64,000 nt of DNA from contig CAVQHD010000001.1 in NCBI GenBank assembly GCA_963712275.1, forward strand, positions 384,001 through 448,000, in the 5' to 3' direction. The notes beneath the pieces are model-generated. The model saw only the letters and a list, made by a program, of their open reading frames with translations. It searched no databases and was not told the DNA's origin. Shown piece after piece: positions 29,420 through 39,146 of this stretch. Position numbers and translations under genes: made by a program. How positions within the stretch are numbered: position 1 is the stretch's first letter; each line of letters opens with the position of its first letter. The DNA comes from an uncultured Rhabdochlamydiaceae bacterium (GTDB lineage Bacteria; Chlamydiota; Chlamydiia; Chlamydiales; Rhabdochlamydiaceae).

Positions 29420-30405
29420 TTTTTTAAGTTAAGCCAGTAGGTTCCCCAAATGGAGGCGAGGCCAAAAAAAGCGACAAGGGCCATCAAACCCCAGGCAATT
29501 TTCAAGGCCCCTTTTTGAGCAGAGACGCGTATGACAACACCCCAGGTATTTAAAAAAGTCCATAATCCATTAAAGCCATGAAAACAGGCAGCGAGGACAA
29601 AGAGGGTATAGAGGCCTGCATAAAGGGGGCTTCTAAAGGTATCTCGAACAGTGAGAAGCGTGGCAGTGCCAAAGTCGGAGGTAACAACAACAGCTTGATG
29701 TGCATTGACTTTTTGCCGCTCGAGCTTCTCGACCCAGGCTTTCTTCTGCTCATAGGTTTGCGCAGATGCTAAAATCATCTGCTGCTGGCGATCGTATTGC
29801 TCTTTAGGGGGAAGGGTTTTTGCAGCCTCAACAAGGGTCTGCTCAGCACGTCTAGAATCAAGCTCTTTCCTTTCCTCCTCGATTTGCTCTGGCCCATACA
29901 GCTGGGCGCCAAGGCGTGAGGCAACCGTATAAAGCCCTTGATCGACAGAGACCGTGACAAAATAAAAACTCTTCTCCCCCTGGTTTAAAGAGTCGGGGTA
30001 CTCAAGAAACCGAAACTTCGCAACATGGAGGATAAGACCGACGAGCAGCACCCAGGACGAGAGCCGCTGCCACGTGTAGGCATGGTTCCGTCCATATTGA
30101 GAAAGCGCAGGAGCTGTTGCATCCGTACGATGAGAATTAAACTTGCTCGTGAAGAGGTATTTAACTCCCAAAACCGCATGGAGGCCCATCGGCACGCCCA
30201 AAAGAAAAATCTCGATCGCCTGCAAATAGGGAAGGTTATGGATCGAGTTAACCATCTCCACAAACCCTTGCGCATTATCCCCCAGGAGAAGCGCTGCCTG
30301 AGAATTCACAAGAAGGTGCTCAAAAAGAAACAGCACAATCCACAGTCCCATGAGCGAATGGAGCCTTTTCCAAATAAAAGCACGTGGAATCGTTTGCGTT
30401 GTCAT
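29416..30405 (-). CDS. sdhC: Succinate dehydrogenase cytochrome b558 subunit
   Basis: RLHSLMG..FLFEHL, QRLSS, CFHGFNGLWTF; first gene of the sdh operon. Confidence 0.93.
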   Translation of the reverse strand: MTTQTIPRAFIWKRLHSLMGLWIVLFLFEHLLVNSQAALLLGDNAQGFVEMVNSIHNLPYLQAIEIFLLGVPMGLHAVLGVKYLFTSKFNSHRTDATAPALSQYGRNHAYTWQRLSSWVLLVGLILHVAKFRFLEYPDSLNQGEKSFYFVTVSVDQGLYTVASRLGAQLYGPEQIEEERKELDSRRAEQTLVEAAKTLPPKEQYDRQQQMILASAQTYEQKKAWVEKLERQKVNAHQAVVVTSDFGTATLLTVRDTFRSPLYAGLYTLFVLAACFHGFNGLWTFLNTWGVVIRVSAQKGALKIAWGLMALVAFFGLASIWGTYWLNLKK

Positions 30406-30414
30406 TCCTAATCA

Positions 30415-31200
30415 TTAAACATTGATGATGTGTTTTGGAAAAGAAAAAAATTGAGCTGCATTCTGTGTGATGGCTAATGCAACCTCTTCTAGAGAAATGC
30501 CTTTAAGGCGAGCGATCATCTGGGCAGTTTCAACCACATAGCCCGGCTCATTCATGCTTCCGCGCCTCGATTGAGGAGCAAGGTATGGAGTGTCGGTTTC
30601 AATGAGCATCCGATCTAAAGGGACGTGCGCTGCTACCTCTTGTAAAGCGGTTGAATTTTTAAACGTCACAATCCCGCTAAACGAAATTAGCCACCCTCTT
30701 TCTAAACACGCTTTAGCCTCACCGATCGTTCCTGTAAAGCAATGAAGAACAGCGCTGATCTCCTTCCCCTTTTTATCGACTTCTGTAAAAAGATCTTGAA
30801 ACGCTTCTCTGCAATGGAAAATGACGGGCAATTTTGTTTCGATTGCAAGATCGAGATACCGGCTGAGATGGTTTTCCTGAAGCTCTCTTGGAGAGTGTTC
30901 ATAATGATAATCAAGACCTGTTTCTCCAATGGCAATCAGCTTGCCCTCGCGAGCGCACGTTGCAACCTCCTGGAAAAATACCTCTCCGATTTCCTCCACA
31001 TCATGAGGCGTTGCGGCCGCGGCATTAAAGACCCACCGATGCCGCTCTACAAGTCGAAGCCCCCTTTCAAGGCTCTCATGATCGGTGCAAATATTAACGA
31101 TACCCCGAACATCATGCTGCTCAGCCCTCTGCAGCATTTCTTCTACGTGATCAACCACCTTTCGGCTTGTCAGGTGAGCGTGAGAATCAATAAACATCAA
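30415..31200 (-). CDS. tatD: TatD family DNase
   Basis: IDSHAH, AIGETGLDY, FHCREA, LHCFTG, IETDTPYLAP. Confidence 0.95.
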   Translation of the reverse strand: MMFIDSHAHLTSRKVVDHVEEMLQRAEQHDVRGIVNICTDHESLERGLRLVERHRWVFNAAAATPHDVEEIGEVFFQEVATCAREGKLIAIGETGLDYHYEHSPRELQENHLSRYLDLAIETKLPVIFHCREAFQDLFTEVDKKGKEISAVLHCFTGTIGEAKACLERGWLISFSGIVTFKNSTALQEVAAHVPLDRMLIETDTPYLAPQSRRGSMNEPGYVVETAQMIARLKGISLEEVALAITQNAAQFFSFPKHIINV

Positions 31201-31303
31201 TGATCATTATCGAGTATATTCAGTTAGATCTCCAGAAAAATCTTGATAAAAATTCTTATGATGATCATTCTTGTCTAGCAAAATCTTTAAGCAGGAGAGT
31301 AGG

Positions 31304-32629
31304 ATGGCTATTATAGGCGACGCAATACGAAAGAAGTTCTTTTTCCAAAAAGCAGATAAGGTTAGCGAGTGCATTGAAAAAGCGCTCAACCAGATTGATT
31401 CATTGACGCAAAACACATTTCGATCGGTTAATGAAAAAGCTTTGCTGCAGCAAGCTGTGGCAGCAGGACACGCTTCAAAGCTGATCGGAACGTTTAAAAC
31501 CTCTTATATCGACTGCTTAGATCAGACCGTTGAAAAGACCGACGCCGCCGTCCAACGCACCCTGACTCAAATCGAAGGAATCATCAACGATCTGGTCGAG
31601 GCTGCCAATATGAGTAAAACTGTTGAGCGGATCGAATTTTTAATCAGAGACTTTCCCTTTGTTAAAAATCAGCCGCGGGTTTTTGAAGTCACTCCAAGAT
31701 GTCTGGTTTTTACTGAGGTAGATCATAACATCGTCATCAAGCTCTCAGGACAATTTCCTGAGGCTGAAGAAAAAACAGCTCCCACCCTCTCTCTTCAAGG
31801 CAAGCAGTTTAACCCCATCCATCACGTCGCCAAGGAACTTGCTTTTTCAGTTCCTTTATCGACCCTGTTTCCCGACCGCTCAAATGCACCCGTTAGCAAG
31901 ATTTCTCTCTGTTCGTTTGATATCAAAATTCCTTTTCGTACAGAACAAAAAGGCCTTCTCACCTCGTCTTCGAAAGAAAGATGTTTTTACTTTACAAGCT
32001 ATGTCGCGATTTTGCCCCCGTGTGCAGGAACAGTTTCAGTTGAATACACTGTTCAACATACTGAAAGGGTCATTAAAGAGTTTAGAGCGCCGATGATCAA
32101 GCAAAGCTCCCGCCCTCGATCCCGAGAAGGAGAAGACCAAGATATCATTGACCGCTCTTACCGTCATGCCACTGAGAATGGGTTCACCCTTCAAAAGTCC
32201 CGTTTGATCATTCATAAAAAGAAAGGCACTGCAAGCTATAAGCTTGTTTCTGAAAATAACAATGAAGCGCTCTGGCTAGTGACAACTCTTAAGAACAAAG
32301 ATAACCCCAAAAAATCTGGTAAAATAGAGTTCTCGCTCTCCTGTACCGGGTATCAGGACAGCGCGACAACGTCCAAAAAAACAGAAGAAATGCAGCTCGT
32401 CTGGGGAGACAAGATTACCATTATCAAGAAAAGTCCCTGGAAAATGGTGGTGAACTTATGCGACGGAACACGAAAGGAAGTTTTCAATGACGGAGCACTG
32501 GCTAAAAGTTCGATTCACCCTTGGATTAAAATATCTCCTGAAAGCGGCACTTTAGAAGTTGTCAATCCTAATAAAATCGATCTCGGACTCCCCAATGTTC
32601 AAGCGATCCACTCCCAGGCGAAGTTATGA
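31304..32629 (+). CDS. Hypothetical protein
   Basis: Long ORF; ATG 31304 follows AGGAG (the track starts at 31271); ends in AKL. Confidence 0.75.
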   Translation: MAIIGDAIRKKFFFQKADKVSECIEKALNQIDSLTQNTFRSVNEKALLQQAVAAGHASKLIGTFKTSYIDCLDQTVEKTDAAVQRTLTQIEGIINDLVEAANMSKTVERIEFLIRDFPFVKNQPRVFEVTPRCLVFTEVDHNIVIKLSGQFPEAEEKTAPTLSLQGKQFNPIHHVAKELAFSVPLSTLFPDRSNAPVSKISLCSFDIKIPFRTEQKGLLTSSSKERCFYFTSYVAILPPCAGTVSVEYTVQHTERVIKEFRAPMIKQSSRPRSREGEDQDIIDRSYRHATENGFTLQKSRLIIHKKKGTASYKLVSENNNEALWLVTTLKNKDNPKKSGKIEFSLSCTGYQDSATTSKKTEEMQLVWGDKITIIKKSPWKMVVNLCDGTRKEVFNDGALAKSSIHPWIKISPESGTLEVVNPNKIDLGLPNVQAIHSQAKL

Positions 32630-32754
32630 AGGATTTTCTTCAATTCTGACAACCAAGGCTCTTTCTACCGTTCCGGTCGTTAAAATTTTTCGAGAGGTAG
32701 ATTTTTACAAGACACGTGGTAGAATGAAGCCTATACTTAAAAAGGTAGTCTCCC

Positions 32755-33489
32755 ATGTTGTCAGTAAATCCATTTCTAGTTGCCTATACGCAATCTGATT
32801 TTTTTGGAAAGTTAATCATCCTTGGGCTGATTGCCCTCTCGATGATCTGTTGGGTTGTTTTGCTGCATAAGATCTGGACACTGAGGAATGTAAGCCGCTT
32901 ATCTGAGGCGTTTCAAACAGCGGTAGATGGGCAGAAAGCGTCCTTGCTCTCTCTTGATTTGGCGCAGCTGCCGCTGCCGAAAAACAAGGCAATTCCCCAC
33001 CCTTTTGGACAAATTTTTCAATCCCTGAAGGGGAAGACGATCGAGACCTTAAATAAAAATCGGTATTTTTTAGCGCAGTCGGCTGCACCGAAAGGAGCCG
33101 TTTACTTAACACCCGCCGATCTAGAGCTGCTCGAATCGCATGTGACTGCAACCATCTCTTCTCAGAATAAAGCGCTTGAGAAAAACCTCTTTATTTTGTC
33201 GACCATTGTGACGCTAGCTCCTTTCATGGGGCTGCTTGGAACGGTGTGGGGGATCCTCGTGACGTTCTCCGGTCTTCACAGCGGAGGAGGCATTGGGTCG
33301 AATACATCGATTTTGGGAGGGATTTCAACAGCGCTCGCAACGACCGTTTTAGGACTCGTGATCGCAATCCCTGCGTTGGTGGCTTACAACTATCTCAAAA
33401 ACCACTTAAGGCATTATACGGCTGATATGGACGATTTTTTAACCTCGCTCATCTCTCAAATCGAATTGCAATACCGGAAAGTCGAATGA
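32755..33489 (+). CDS. tolQ: MotA/TolQ/ExbB proton channel
   Basis: LAPFMGLLGTVWGI, GISTALATTVLGLVIAIPA. Confidence 0.93.
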   Translation: MLSVNPFLVAYTQSDFFGKLIILGLIALSMICWVVLLHKIWTLRNVSRLSEAFQTAVDGQKASLLSLDLAQLPLPKNKAIPHPFGQIFQSLKGKTIETLNKNRYFLAQSAAPKGAVYLTPADLELLESHVTATISSQNKALEKNLFILSTIVTLAPFMGLLGTVWGILVTFSGLHSGGGIGSNTSILGGISTALATTVLGLVIAIPALVAYNYLKNHLRHYTADMDDFLTSLISQIELQYRKVE

Positions 33490-33908
33490 GCCGCCTTAGG
33501 TCTTCTCTTCGAGAAAGCGGCTTTGCAGAGGCCGAAATTAATCTAACGCCTCTGATTGATGTGGTCTTTGTTGTCTTGATTATTTTCATTATCATTGCGC
33601 CGATGCTGGAGCTTGATCGCGTCGAACTTGCAAATACCGCGCCGGTAAAGCAGGGAAAGGAGGCGCCGGAGGCCAGCCCTGCTGTGACAATCCATGTCCA
33701 TCAAGACAACACTATCTGGTTTAATGGAAAATGCGTGGGTGAAAAGCAGCTCACCGAACTGCTGCAAAACAGCCGCAGCTTAAGCAGCGGGAAGATTCCA
33801 CAGCTCTTTCAAGATAAACGAGCCAGCTTTGGCACCTATCAAACGGTTAAAAACGCTGTTGAAATCGCCGGCTACGAACAAATGGATGTTATCTTAAAAC
33901 CCGGGTAA
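33486..33908 (+). CDS. tolR: ExbD/TolR biopolymer transport protein
   Basis: EINLTPLIDVVFVVLIIFII. Confidence 0.93.
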   Translation: MSRLRSSLRESGFAEAEINLTPLIDVVFVVLIIFIIIAPMLELDRVELANTAPVKQGKEAPEASPAVTIHVHQDNTIWFNGKCVGEKQLTELLQNSRSLSSGKIPQLFQDKRASFGTYQTVKNAVEIAGYEQMDVILKPG

Positions 33909-34625
33909 ATGTCAGGACAAATGTTAAGACGCGTTGTTTCGATTGTCATCTCATTTCATCTTCTATGTGTGGCAGCGCTTTTTTTTGCTCCAGTCCGCAC
34001 CCCTGCTGTCAAGGGAGCTCATGTCAAAGTTCGAACTGTCCGCCCTGTCGCAGCAGTCGCTGCTAAAAAAACTGTTTCGCCTGCCGCTTCTCGCCTCATC
34101 CCCCAACCAAGCTCCAAACCAAGCCCTCAAAATAAACCCTCTTCTCCCAAACCTGCTCCTGCGGCAAAAAAAAAGAGCGCTCCAACTAAAAAACCAGCCA
34201 TCATAGAAAAAAAGAAACCAGTTAAAAAAAAGGTCGAGCTTCAAAAGCCTGCTGTTTCTGCAGAGGTCTGGGATGAAATTGATCAAGCTCTCGCAAAAAT
34301 TGAGAAGAACAGCTATTCTAAAAGAACACCGTCGTTGGAGCTCGCGACGCCCACGCTGCTCTCAAATGAAGTCGTGCAGGAAAGTGAAGAGAGCCATTCC
34401 ATGCTGGTAGGCTTTCTTCACAATGCCCTTCATCTGCCTGAAATGGGCGAGGTGAAAATCCAATTGACGGTGCGAAAGAATGGAACGGTGGCAAACGTGG
34501 TTGTGCTCAGTGCTGCAAGCCATAAGAATAAGCTCTATTTGCAAGAGCACCTGCCTCACCTCCACTTTCCTATGCATTTTGACGAAGAAAAAACATGGAC
34601 ACTCACTTTTTGCAATGAAATTTAA
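33909..34625 (+). CDS. TolA/TonB-like protein
   Basis: N-terminal TM (SFHLL), Pro/Lys-rich linker; located between tolR and tolB. Confidence 0.75.
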   Translation: MSGQMLRRVVSIVISFHLLCVAALFFAPVRTPAVKGAHVKVRTVRPVAAVAAKKTVSPAASRLIPQPSSKPSPQNKPSSPKPAPAAKKKSAPTKKPAIIEKKKPVKKKVELQKPAVSAEVWDEIDQALAKIEKNSYSKRTPSLELATPTLLSNEVVQESEESHSMLVGFLHNALHLPEMGEVKIQLTVRKNGTVANVVVLSAASHKNKLYLQEHLPHLHFPMHFDEEKTWTLTFCNEI

Positions 34626-35961
34626 ATTATTCTATTGTTTTATTTTACTTCTCCTTCCTCTAGGAGCAAAAGAGGTTTCTCCCGAAGAAATTCGGATTTA
34701 TCTGACCACGACAAGCCCACTGGAACCTCTTTATCTAGGGCAGCTGCACTGCTCTGACGGCTCTGTTTCAAACAGCTATCTGAAAGACCTTTATTCCGTG
34801 CTGGCTTTCGACTTGAATTACAATGGAGCCACGCGTGTTTTGCCAGTAGCAGCAGATCTAGAAGAAGCGCTTCGGAAGGAGAGCTCTGCCGCCTTTAATC
34901 GAAACTTTTGGAAAAATTGGAGCACCGCCTATGTCGTTAAAGGAGAAATCCAAAATCAGTCCCTTGTCCTTTCTTTCTTCTCAGCTCATACAGGGGCTCT
35001 CAAACAATTTCCTCCTGTTGCATTAACAGCCTCTTTACCTACAGACCGAAAAAATTTACACCGTCTTTCAGATGCGATTTTCAAGGCGCTGTTTGGAAAA
35101 GAGGGAGTTGCAAGCAGCCGCCTTCTGTATTCCGTCAAGCAGCGGAAAGGCGAAGCCTGGGTATCAGAAATTTGGTGCTGTGACTGGGATGGAGCTAACT
35201 CTCGTCAAATCACCTACGAAAATGGACTCTGTGTCACACCTGTCTTTATCCCTCCAAGCGCTCGGCATGCCAATGACCGTTTTCTTTATGTCTCTTATAA
35301 ACTAGGACAGCCGAAAATTTTCCTTGCCTCTCTATCTCAAGGGAAAGGGGAAAAACTGATCGACCTTCGCGGCAATCAACTCCTGCCGGCAATCTCTTCT
35401 CAGCGGACTAAAATCGCCTTCATTTGCGATGCAGCAAGCCGTACCGATCTTTTCATGCAAGAATTTCACCCTGAAACAGGAGAGGTCGGAAAGCCAATTC
35501 AACTTTTTTCTTACCCGCGTTCAACCCAGGCGTCGCCAACATTTAGTCCCGACGGCTCTCAAATTGCGTTTGTCTCCGATAAAGATGGAGCCCCTCGAAT
35601 CTATTTAATCCCAGCCGCCTCTCAGTCAAAACGAGCGGCGCCTCTTCTCATCACAAAAAAAAATGGAGAAAATTCGTGTCCCTCTTGGTCTCCAGATGGA
35701 AAGAAAATAGCCTATAGTGCTAAAACTAAGGGGACAAGGCAGATTTGGATTTACGACTTCGATAAACAAGAAGAATGGCAGCTCACCGATGGCTCTGGCA
35801 ATAAAGAGAATCCCTCTTGGGCGCCAGACAGCCGCCATTTAGTGTTTAATTCAACCGATGGCCATATCTCCGAACTTTATTTAGTTAATTTAAGCCAGCC
35901 GGATGTGATTAAAATTTCAAAGGGGCCTGGAATTAAACATTACCCTTCGTGGGGACAATAA
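34615..35961 (+). CDS. tolB: Tol-Pal beta-propeller protein TolB
   Basis: PD40 repeats (PTFSPDG, PSWSPDG, PSWAPDS); ATG 34615 begins a signal peptide. Confidence 0.95.
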   Translation: MKFKLFYCFILLLLPLGAKEVSPEEIRIYLTTTSPLEPLYLGQLHCSDGSVSNSYLKDLYSVLAFDLNYNGATRVLPVAADLEEALRKESSAAFNRNFWKNWSTAYVVKGEIQNQSLVLSFFSAHTGALKQFPPVALTASLPTDRKNLHRLSDAIFKALFGKEGVASSRLLYSVKQRKGEAWVSEIWCCDWDGANSRQITYENGLCVTPVFIPPSARHANDRFLYVSYKLGQPKIFLASLSQGKGEKLIDLRGNQLLPAISSQRTKIAFICDAASRTDLFMQEFHPETGEVGKPIQLFSYPRSTQASPTFSPDGSQIAFVSDKDGAPRIYLIPAASQSKRAAPLLITKKNGENSCPSWSPDGKKIAYSAKTKGTRQIWIYDFDKQEEWQLTDGSGNKENPSWAPDSRHLVFNSTDGHISELYLVNLSQPDVIKISKGPGIKHYPSWGQ

Positions 35962-35988
35962 GAAATTTTTACCTTAAGGAAAATCAGT

Positions 35989-36651
35989 ATGAATACAACG
36001 ATGCGTGTGTGCCTCTGGGGTCTTTGCGCACTTCTTATAGCAGGATGCCAAACAAAATCGGGCAACATTTGGGACGATAATCAAACAGGCGCAAAATATA
36101 AGCATGAAAATCAAACTTCTGCTCTTTGGGATGCCTCTAAAGGAACCCTTCCAGGGCCAGCCCAGGAAGAATTTATTCCTTTGAATGACGAAGATCTGAG
36201 AAATCAATTCGCAGAAGTGGTAGCGCCGCAACCCAGCCGAGAGCTCGGGGAAGCCGGAATGCCCACTGCAGATCAATTTGAAGCCCCTCGAGGAGAGCTC
36301 GCCTCTATTTTTTCTCCTGTCTTCTTCAATACCGACGAACATGTCGTCAAAAAACAAGACTATCTTGAAGCGATTCAGCGAACAGCTCATTACCTTAAAA
36401 TGCATGATAAAACCTATGTGATTATCGAAGGGCATTGCGACGAAAGAGGTCCGGAAGCCTATAACCTTGCTCTTGGAACTCGCCGCGCAAATCATGTCCG
36501 CTCCCTCTTGATCAAGGCAGGAGCCAAACCAGACCAAATCCACACCGTTTCTCTTGGAAAAGAACGCCCCTTTGTACTCGATCATACCCCTGATGCCTGG
36601 GCAAAAAATCGAAGGGCTCATTTCCGTGTTTATACCCAAGGGCAGCAGTGA
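35989..36651 (+). CDS. pal: Peptidoglycan-associated lipoprotein Pal (OmpA C-terminal domain)
   Basis: Lipobox IAGC; IEGHCDERG..YNLALGTRRA; SLGKERP; NRRA. Confidence 0.95.
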   Translation: MNTTMRVCLWGLCALLIAGCQTKSGNIWDDNQTGAKYKHENQTSALWDASKGTLPGPAQEEFIPLNDEDLRNQFAEVVAPQPSRELGEAGMPTADQFEAPRGELASIFSPVFFNTDEHVVKKQDYLEAIQRTAHYLKMHDKTYVIIEGHCDERGPEAYNLALGTRRANHVRSLLIKAGAKPDQIHTVSLGKERPFVLDHTPDAWAKNRRAHFRVYTQGQQ

Positions 36652-37223
36652 GACTCTACTTCCTATGCGCCCTTCTTTTAGGAGGGTGCATCCCTAGCCT
36701 CACCGCTTTTCGAGGAGATCACGACTCGGTTATTGACGATCTTCGAATGGAGATCGCCGATCTCAAGCACGCCCTTCATGGGACCGATGTCGAAGTTAAG
36801 CTTTTAGAAGAGAGAATCGAATCCGCGGAAGAATCCAAAGCTCATGTCAAAACAGAGGAGACAACCGATCTTAAGAGAAAGCTCTTTGCCTTAGAGAAGA
36901 GTTTAGACAAAATGAACGGTGAAATCCGCACCTTGATGAATACAGCCAATCAAACAGCCTCCTCTCTTGCAACCTATCGGCAACAGCTTTTAGAGATCGA
37001 CAGCAAGCTCATCGAAGTTTCAAAACTTCGCTCTACCCTTTCCCAACTCTCCCATTCTTCCCGCCCTCAAGAAGCGCCTCCCACCTATCGCGTCAAGCCA
37101 GGAGATTCTCTTAGCAAAATTGCTCTTAAATATGGAGTCACCACAGACTCTCTTAAACGGGAAAATCAGCTCGAAACAGACACCATCGTGGTGGATCAGC
37201 TGCTGAAAATTCCTAAATGTTAA
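36648..37223 (+). CDS. LysM-domain coiled-coil lipoprotein
   Basis: Lipobox LGGC; C-terminal YRVKPGDSLSKIALKYGV..LKRENQL...QLLKIP. Confidence 0.9.
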   Translation: MRLYFLCALLLGGCIPSLTAFRGDHDSVIDDLRMEIADLKHALHGTDVEVKLLEERIESAEESKAHVKTEETTDLKRKLFALEKSLDKMNGEIRTLMNTANQTASSLATYRQQLLEIDSKLIEVSKLRSTLSQLSHSSRPQEAPPTYRVKPGDSLSKIALKYGVTTDSLKRENQLETDTIVVDQLLKIPKC

Positions 37224-37639
37224 CGATTCGGGCTACAATCTTTTTGAACAATCGCTTTTGGGAGGGGACTTTCGAGCGCACCGATAAAAAAGGGTATGCT
37301 GCTGCCAAACACATCTTTGGATCAGAACCTTCTGATCCAGAAGTTTATGATTTTGTTTTGCACCACTTCACCGAGCTTAATTTTGGAGAGCCCAAACCGT
37401 TTGAGTTGCAAATTAAACGGATGAATCCCAAAAGAGTTCAAAGGGAAGTCAAACGCGAAATGGCAAGAGTTAAAGAGACGATGAAACCCTCGACACTAGC
37501 GCAAGACTACCTGCGAGAAGAGATCGAGAAGAAAAAAAAGGAAAAAGTAAGAACCACCACCGCTGAAAAGCAGGCGCGCAAAGATCAACAATTTGCGATG
37601 AAACAGCAGAAGAAAAAGGCTAAACACCGTGGACGATAG
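37217..37639 (+). CDS. YjdF/DUF2992 family protein
   Basis: FWEGTFER, FGSEPSDPEVYDF, NPKRVQRE, KQQKKKAKHRGR. Confidence 0.85.
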   Translation: MLTIRATIFLNNRFWEGTFERTDKKGYAAAKHIFGSEPSDPEVYDFVLHHFTELNFGEPKPFELQIKRMNPKRVQREVKREMARVKETMKPSTLAQDYLREEIEKKKKEKVRTTTAEKQARKDQQFAMKQQKKKAKHRGR

Positions 37640-38225
37640 AGATCCTTGGAATCACTTCTGGCAATAGACATCTCTCCAGATGGTGGATTGTTATTTTGGT
37701 CTTATCAGATGCAACCTGAATCAATTCATTACATTGCCTGGAAAGGGGAGGAGCAACAATTGTGATTTTCTTATGCGGGAAATGTTTTAGGACTTTCTTA
37801 ATAGCGGGAGCTTGGTCTGAGTCATTGGAAATTAAAAAAGCCCTATCATAGGCATCTTGGTAGGCAAGCTCAAAGAGGGTAAGAGCGATATTAACATCAG
37901 TCTCTTTTTCTTCATGGATTGTAGAATGAGAAAGACACAGGGAACAATAGCGGTTTTTTTTCTTGAACTGTCCAAGAATGACTTTTATTCCGCGATGTTT
38001 TTGAGCAGCTATATATACTTTTTGCTGCGCTTGATTCTTTTCAGAGGTATGAATAGACAAAGCTGAAAAATAGAGAATTTGTATCAGTTCTTCTGATTGT
38101 GATTTGACAAAAAACTGAGACAGTTTTTTAAGGTCTATCCAATTCAAATGAGGCTGTTTTAATCTAGCAATGGCATGATAAAGATTAAAGCCGTCTACGA
38201 AGGAAATAACTCGATCGCGTCTCAT
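37620..38225 (-). CDS. NYN/LabA (PIN-like) domain nuclease
   Basis: FVDGFNLYH, EEKETDVNIA, FLISNDSDQAPA; ATG 38225 chosen as start. Confidence 0.9.
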   Translation of the reverse strand: MRRDRVISFVDGFNLYHAIARLKQPHLNWIDLKKLSQFFVKSQSEELIQILYFSALSIHTSEKNQAQQKVYIAAQKHRGIKVILGQFKKKNRYCSLCLSHSTIHEEKETDVNIALTLFELAYQDAYDRAFLISNDSDQAPAIKKVLKHFPHKKITIVAPPLSRQCNELIQVASDKTKITIHHLERCLLPEVIPRISIVHGV

Positions 38226-38234
38226 TCTGCCTGC

Positions 38235-38264
38235 AAAAAAAGACCACGAGCCGAAACCCGTGGT
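38235..38264 (-). terminator. Intrinsic terminator-like hairpin immediately 5' of the NYN start codon
   Basis: Minus strand ACCACGGGT-TTCG-GCTCGTGGT-C-TTTTTTT: 9-bp stem with two G-U pairs, UUCG loop, U7 tail. Confidence 0.75.
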
Positions 38265-38512
38265 GTTCGCATGGAGTTTGAAGCCATGCGGGATGATATT
38301 AAATATCTTACTCGTTGTTATTATTTCTGTATACAAGAAAAGTTGAGGATATACAAGGAGTAAAAAAGCCGGGAATTGATCCCAGCCTTCTGATCCAGAG
38401 GCTTATGATAAGGAAAAAGTAAGGACCACCACCGCTGAAAAGCAGGCGCGCAAAGATCAACAATTTGCGATGAAACAGCAGAAGAAAAAGACTAAACACC
38501 GTGGACGATAAG

Positions 38513-39088
38513 ATGCTCCAACCAAAAACCACTTACGAAGATGCCACCTTCAAGTCGCTCAATATGAGTGGCAAAAGTTTGAAAGAGAGCCGGTTTGAAA
38601 ATGTTGTGTTTGAAAGCTGCCAGTTCATAGAAAGCAATTGGCAACAGGCCCATTTTCAGGGGTGCCGATTCAAAAATTGCAACCTCTCTCTTGTGAATCT
38701 CACAGGATGCCGACTCCAGCAACTCAAATTTGAAGAGTGCAAAATCGTGGGCCTCGACTTTTATAAATGCGCTAAGATCGGCGATCTGACGTTTCACAAG
38801 AGTGTGCTCTTGACATGCAACTTTACCGACCTGAAACTCAAAGGATGCGACTTTAGAGAATCAAGGCTCAAAGATGTCTATTTCACAGAGACCGATCTGA
38901 CGGAGAGCAACTTTTCAGAGACCGATCTTCTCGGTACAACCTTCCACCACTGCAACCTGACAAAAGCCGACTTTAGAGAGGCAAAAAATTACGCCATCGA
39001 CTTGCAATCCAATACCGTGAAAAAGGCTCAGTTTTCGTTTCCGGAGGCGATGAATCTTCTGAAGTGCTTCGATATTACCATCTCATGA
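38513..39088 (+). CDS. Pentapeptide repeat protein (YjbI/Qnr-like)
   Basis: Regular F/L-x-x-x-x repeats (FENVV FESCQ FIESN...), ADFREAKNY. Confidence 0.9.
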   Translation: MLQPKTTYEDATFKSLNMSGKSLKESRFENVVFESCQFIESNWQQAHFQGCRFKNCNLSLVNLTGCRLQQLKFEECKIVGLDFYKCAKIGDLTFHKSVLLTCNFTDLKLKGCDFRESRLKDVYFTETDLTESNFSETDLLGTTFHHCNLTKADFREAKNYAIDLQSNTVKKAQFSFPEAMNLLKCFDITIS

Positions 39089-39146
39089 AGTATTACATCC
39101 AATGGGGGGCACTCTCCGACCTGCGATGCTGAAACACGACAAATAA

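Larger units (their letters stand above)
37538..38510 (+). repeat. 101-bp direct repeat of the yjdF 3' end (37538-37638 and 38410-38510) bracketing the NYN gene
   Basis: AAGGAAAAAGTAAG...CACCGTGGACGATA occurs twice with 2 mismatches. Confidence 0.92.
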
